Positions 17,697 through 20,000 of a stretch of 20,000 bases of DNA are shown one piece after another (position 1 is the first letter of the stretch; each line of letters opens with the position of its first letter). The stretch spans positions 50,749 to 70,748 of the forward strand of contig JAZKDQ010000010.1 of assembly GCA_040387495.1 (NCBI GenBank), read 5' to 3'. The notes beneath the pieces were generated by a model, which saw nothing but the letters and a program-made list of their open reading frames with translations, had not been told where the DNA came from and made no database searches. Both the position numbers and the translations under genes were made by a program. Origin of the DNA: Pseudomonadota bacterium (GTDB lineage: Bacteria > Pseudomonadota > Alphaproteobacteria > Paracaedibacterales > CAIOTO01).

Positions 17697-19739
17697 TTAA
17701 AATAACCGGCTGAACCATGTGCGAATTTTACAGAAAATACTGCATGGCTTACTGCATGACGCATCATCGCACGACGCATTTTTACTCGCAGCAGTGATAG
17801 TGCTTGTTGCTTTGTCAGTGGCAGCAGTTATTGGTGCGTTTTTTTCATTCATACGGGGGTTAGTAATCGCTTTTGGATCCCAGCCACGATTCATCACGTT
17901 CACGTCAAACTTTGTTAGAATTTCAGGAATAGCGAGCGTATCTTTCCAATAGGCAAACCGTAATGTGTTATCATACTGAAATGGAACTTGCAAACAGAGG
18001 TGCATCACATAACGATCAAGCGCATGTACACGTGCCTTTAAATCCTCAAAATCAGTTGCAAGGGCTACTTCTTTCGAAAGTGCTTCCGCCACTGGATCTT
18101 TAAGGCCAATATAATTGCTACTACCCTTTATATCAGCTGTTTTAACACCAAAATAATATGATTGGTCAGCGCCTGGCGATAACGTGTTTGTCCAGGTATG
18201 AATGATCATGTCAAAATCAGATTCAACCACGCGTGCTTCATAGCTGTTGGCGTCAAATTTGCGGACAGTTAAATCAATCCCGATTGCTTTTAAGCTTTCT
18301 TTTAAGCTAAGCGCAATTTTTTCAAGACGATCATCTTTAACCATGATGCTAAATTGTACTGGTGTTCCATCAGGCGTAGTACGTTTGCCTTTAACTATTT
18401 TGTAACCAGCGGCATCGAGAATCTCTGCAGCCTTTTTTAGATTCTTGCGTTGATCGCCTGCGCCATTGGTATGTGCTGGGGAAAAGGGCTCAGCCAACAT
18501 GCGCTTTAACAGCTTAGGCTCAATGCCTGATGCATGCTTGAGTAGAAGTTCTTTCTCGCGTCCTTCAGCTGGACCCTGATGTGCTAATGCTGTGTTTGCA
18601 AATAAACTATGTGGAACATTCATAGTGCCATCAAACACCATACGATTGAGCGAGTCTGCATCAAACGCCATCACGATTGCACGACGTAATTCGATGTCTT
18701 GAAATATCGGACGACGCATATTCATAATGATTGTTTTCACAACAACAGGACGTTCATGATGAAGATCTTTACGCACAATATCACCACGACGTACAGCGTC
18801 AACATTGTAGCCATTTTCCCATTGCTTTGGATCAGGTTCAAAGAAAATATCAAATTCTTTAGTAAGAAATGCTTGGAAATGTGCCGTTGCATTTTTAAAA
18901 TACTCAAGTCGAATTTCATCGAAGTTAAATTGCCCTTTAGCAATTGGCAAGTCAGCCGCCCAATAATTTGGGTTACGTTTAAAAGAAACGCTGCGACCTT
19001 GTTGAACTTGATCAATCATATAAGGTCCCGTTCCCATGAGGGGCGTCAAACCTGAGTTTGCTAAATCAATTTGATCGAGTTGTTTCTTGGACAAGACCGG
19101 CATTAATGCCACGATCATTGGTAGCTCTTTGTCGTACACGCCATTTTCATCTGGTTTTAGTTTAAATTGAATGACGAGCGGTGAATGAATAACAATTTCA
19201 ATGTTTCCATAAAACTTTTTGTATCGTGGAGCACCCTTGCTAATCAATGCTTCCATTGTTGTTTTAAGGTCTTCTGTTGTGACAGAATCGCCATTATGAA
19301 AACGTGCTTTTGGATTTAGATAAACCGTCATATGGGATCTATCATCAGCAAATTCAACTTTCTCGGCAACGAGAGCATATAAAGCAAAAGGTTCTGCTGG
19401 TGAACGTACCATAAGGGTTTCAAGTGTAAGCGCCACGCCTTGTACCGCAATTCCTTTTACAATTTTGTCATTCAACGTGTCGAATGTGCCGACCGTTGCA
19501 AGACGAAACGTGCCGCCTTTAGGTGCATCTGGATTGACAAGTTTTGTATGTTCATATGTTGGTTTACCAAAACGCGAAATTGCAGTGACAGCTTTAGCTG
19601 GATTTGGTGCTGGAAGAGCTGAAGATGCTTTTTCTGCTATAGCAGCAGGTGCGGAGGAAGTCGCCGGAGCAGATGACGTTGCGAATGCTACATTTACAAG
19701 TAATGCCAAGGCAAGTGAAACAGAAAGAATTTTTATCAT
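17697..19739 (-). CDS. yejA: Peptide ABC transporter substrate-binding protein (family 5, YejA-like)
   Basis: VNPDAPKGG, GTFDTLN, LNPKARFHNG, PLMGTGPY, RNPNYWAADLP...GQFNFDEI, GSSNYIGLKDP, ALDR. Signal peptide MIKILSVSLALALLVNVAFA indicates a start at 19739 (or 19754) rather than 19841. Confidence 0.88.
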   Translation of the reverse strand: MIKILSVSLALALLVNVAFATSSAPATSSAPAAIAEKASSALPAPNPAKAVTAISRFGKPTYEHTKLVNPDAPKGGTFRLATVGTFDTLNDKIVKGIAVQGVALTLETLMVRSPAEPFALYALVAEKVEFADDRSHMTVYLNPKARFHNGDSVTTEDLKTTMEALISKGAPRYKKFYGNIEIVIHSPLVIQFKLKPDENGVYDKELPMIVALMPVLSKKQLDQIDLANSGLTPLMGTGPYMIDQVQQGRSVSFKRNPNYWAADLPIAKGQFNFDEIRLEYFKNATAHFQAFLTKEFDIFFEPDPKQWENGYNVDAVRRGDIVRKDLHHERPVVVKTIIMNMRRPIFQDIELRRAIVMAFDADSLNRMVFDGTMNVPHSLFANTALAHQGPAEGREKELLLKHASGIEPKLLKRMLAEPFSPAHTNGAGDQRKNLKKAAEILDAAGYKIVKGKRTTPDGTPVQFSIMVKDDRLEKIALSLKESLKAIGIDLTVRKFDANSYEARVVESDFDMIIHTWTNTLSPGADQSYYFGVKTADIKGSSNYIGLKDPVAEALSKEVALATDFEDLKARVHALDRYVMHLCLQVPFQYDNTLRFAYWKDTLAIPEILTKFDVNVMNRGWDPKAITNPRMNEKNAPITAATDKATSTITAASKNASCDDASCSKPCSIFCKIRTWFSRLF

Positions 19740-19888
19740 TATTATCAAGACCATTAATATTGAGTTCTGATCTAGTTTTAAATCAATGGAGAGCACACCG
19801 CAATAGAAATGTAGGGTTGTTTCTATAGGGCAGTAAAGCACGAAGCTTTTCTCGTGAAGATTTAATTTTTATGCGAAACCTGAAATAG

Positions 19889-19918
19889 AAAAAACCTCCC
19901 GTGTTTGTGCACGAGAGG
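19889..19918 (-). terminator. Rho-independent terminator of an upstream minus-strand transcript
   Basis: Minus strand reads CCTCTCGTG-cacaaa-CACGGGAGG (one G-U pair) followed by T6. Confidence 0.7.
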
Positions 19919-20000
19919 CCTTTGCTTCAAGATATCATTAGCTTGTAACCTCAATTCGGGATTAAAATTGCACCATAACTGATTTTAGATTTTAATCAGA

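Noticed and set aside
19740..19841. N-terminal extension of the binding protein given in the ORF track
   Set aside because: The signal peptide begins at Met35 (19739), so the upstream codons are probably untranslated.

Overview
AT-rich bacterial window. Gene content suggests an intracellular alphaproteobacterium (Rickettsiales/Holosporales-like); this is inference, not a database result. Left to right: (1) 3' end of an unknown CDS with a terminator; (2) a minus-strand XRE-HTH/receiver fusion regulator; (3) divergently, a HAD-IA hydrolase, one divergent MHS-type (ProP-like) MFS transporter and a tight tandem array of five paralogous MHS transporters with near-identical N-halves and diverged C-halves; (4) a frameshifted minus-strand ankyrin-repeat remnant missed by the ORF track; (5) a 1201-aa LuxR-like HTH / TM helix / NB-ARC (STAND) / TPR-like protein; (6) a 563-aa protein with ten helical repeats; (7) a GC-rich nested palindromic element and hairpin; (8) a stand-alone YejA-like peptide ABC substrate-binding protein on the minus strand. 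No rRNA, tRNA, CRISPR array or transposase is recognisable.
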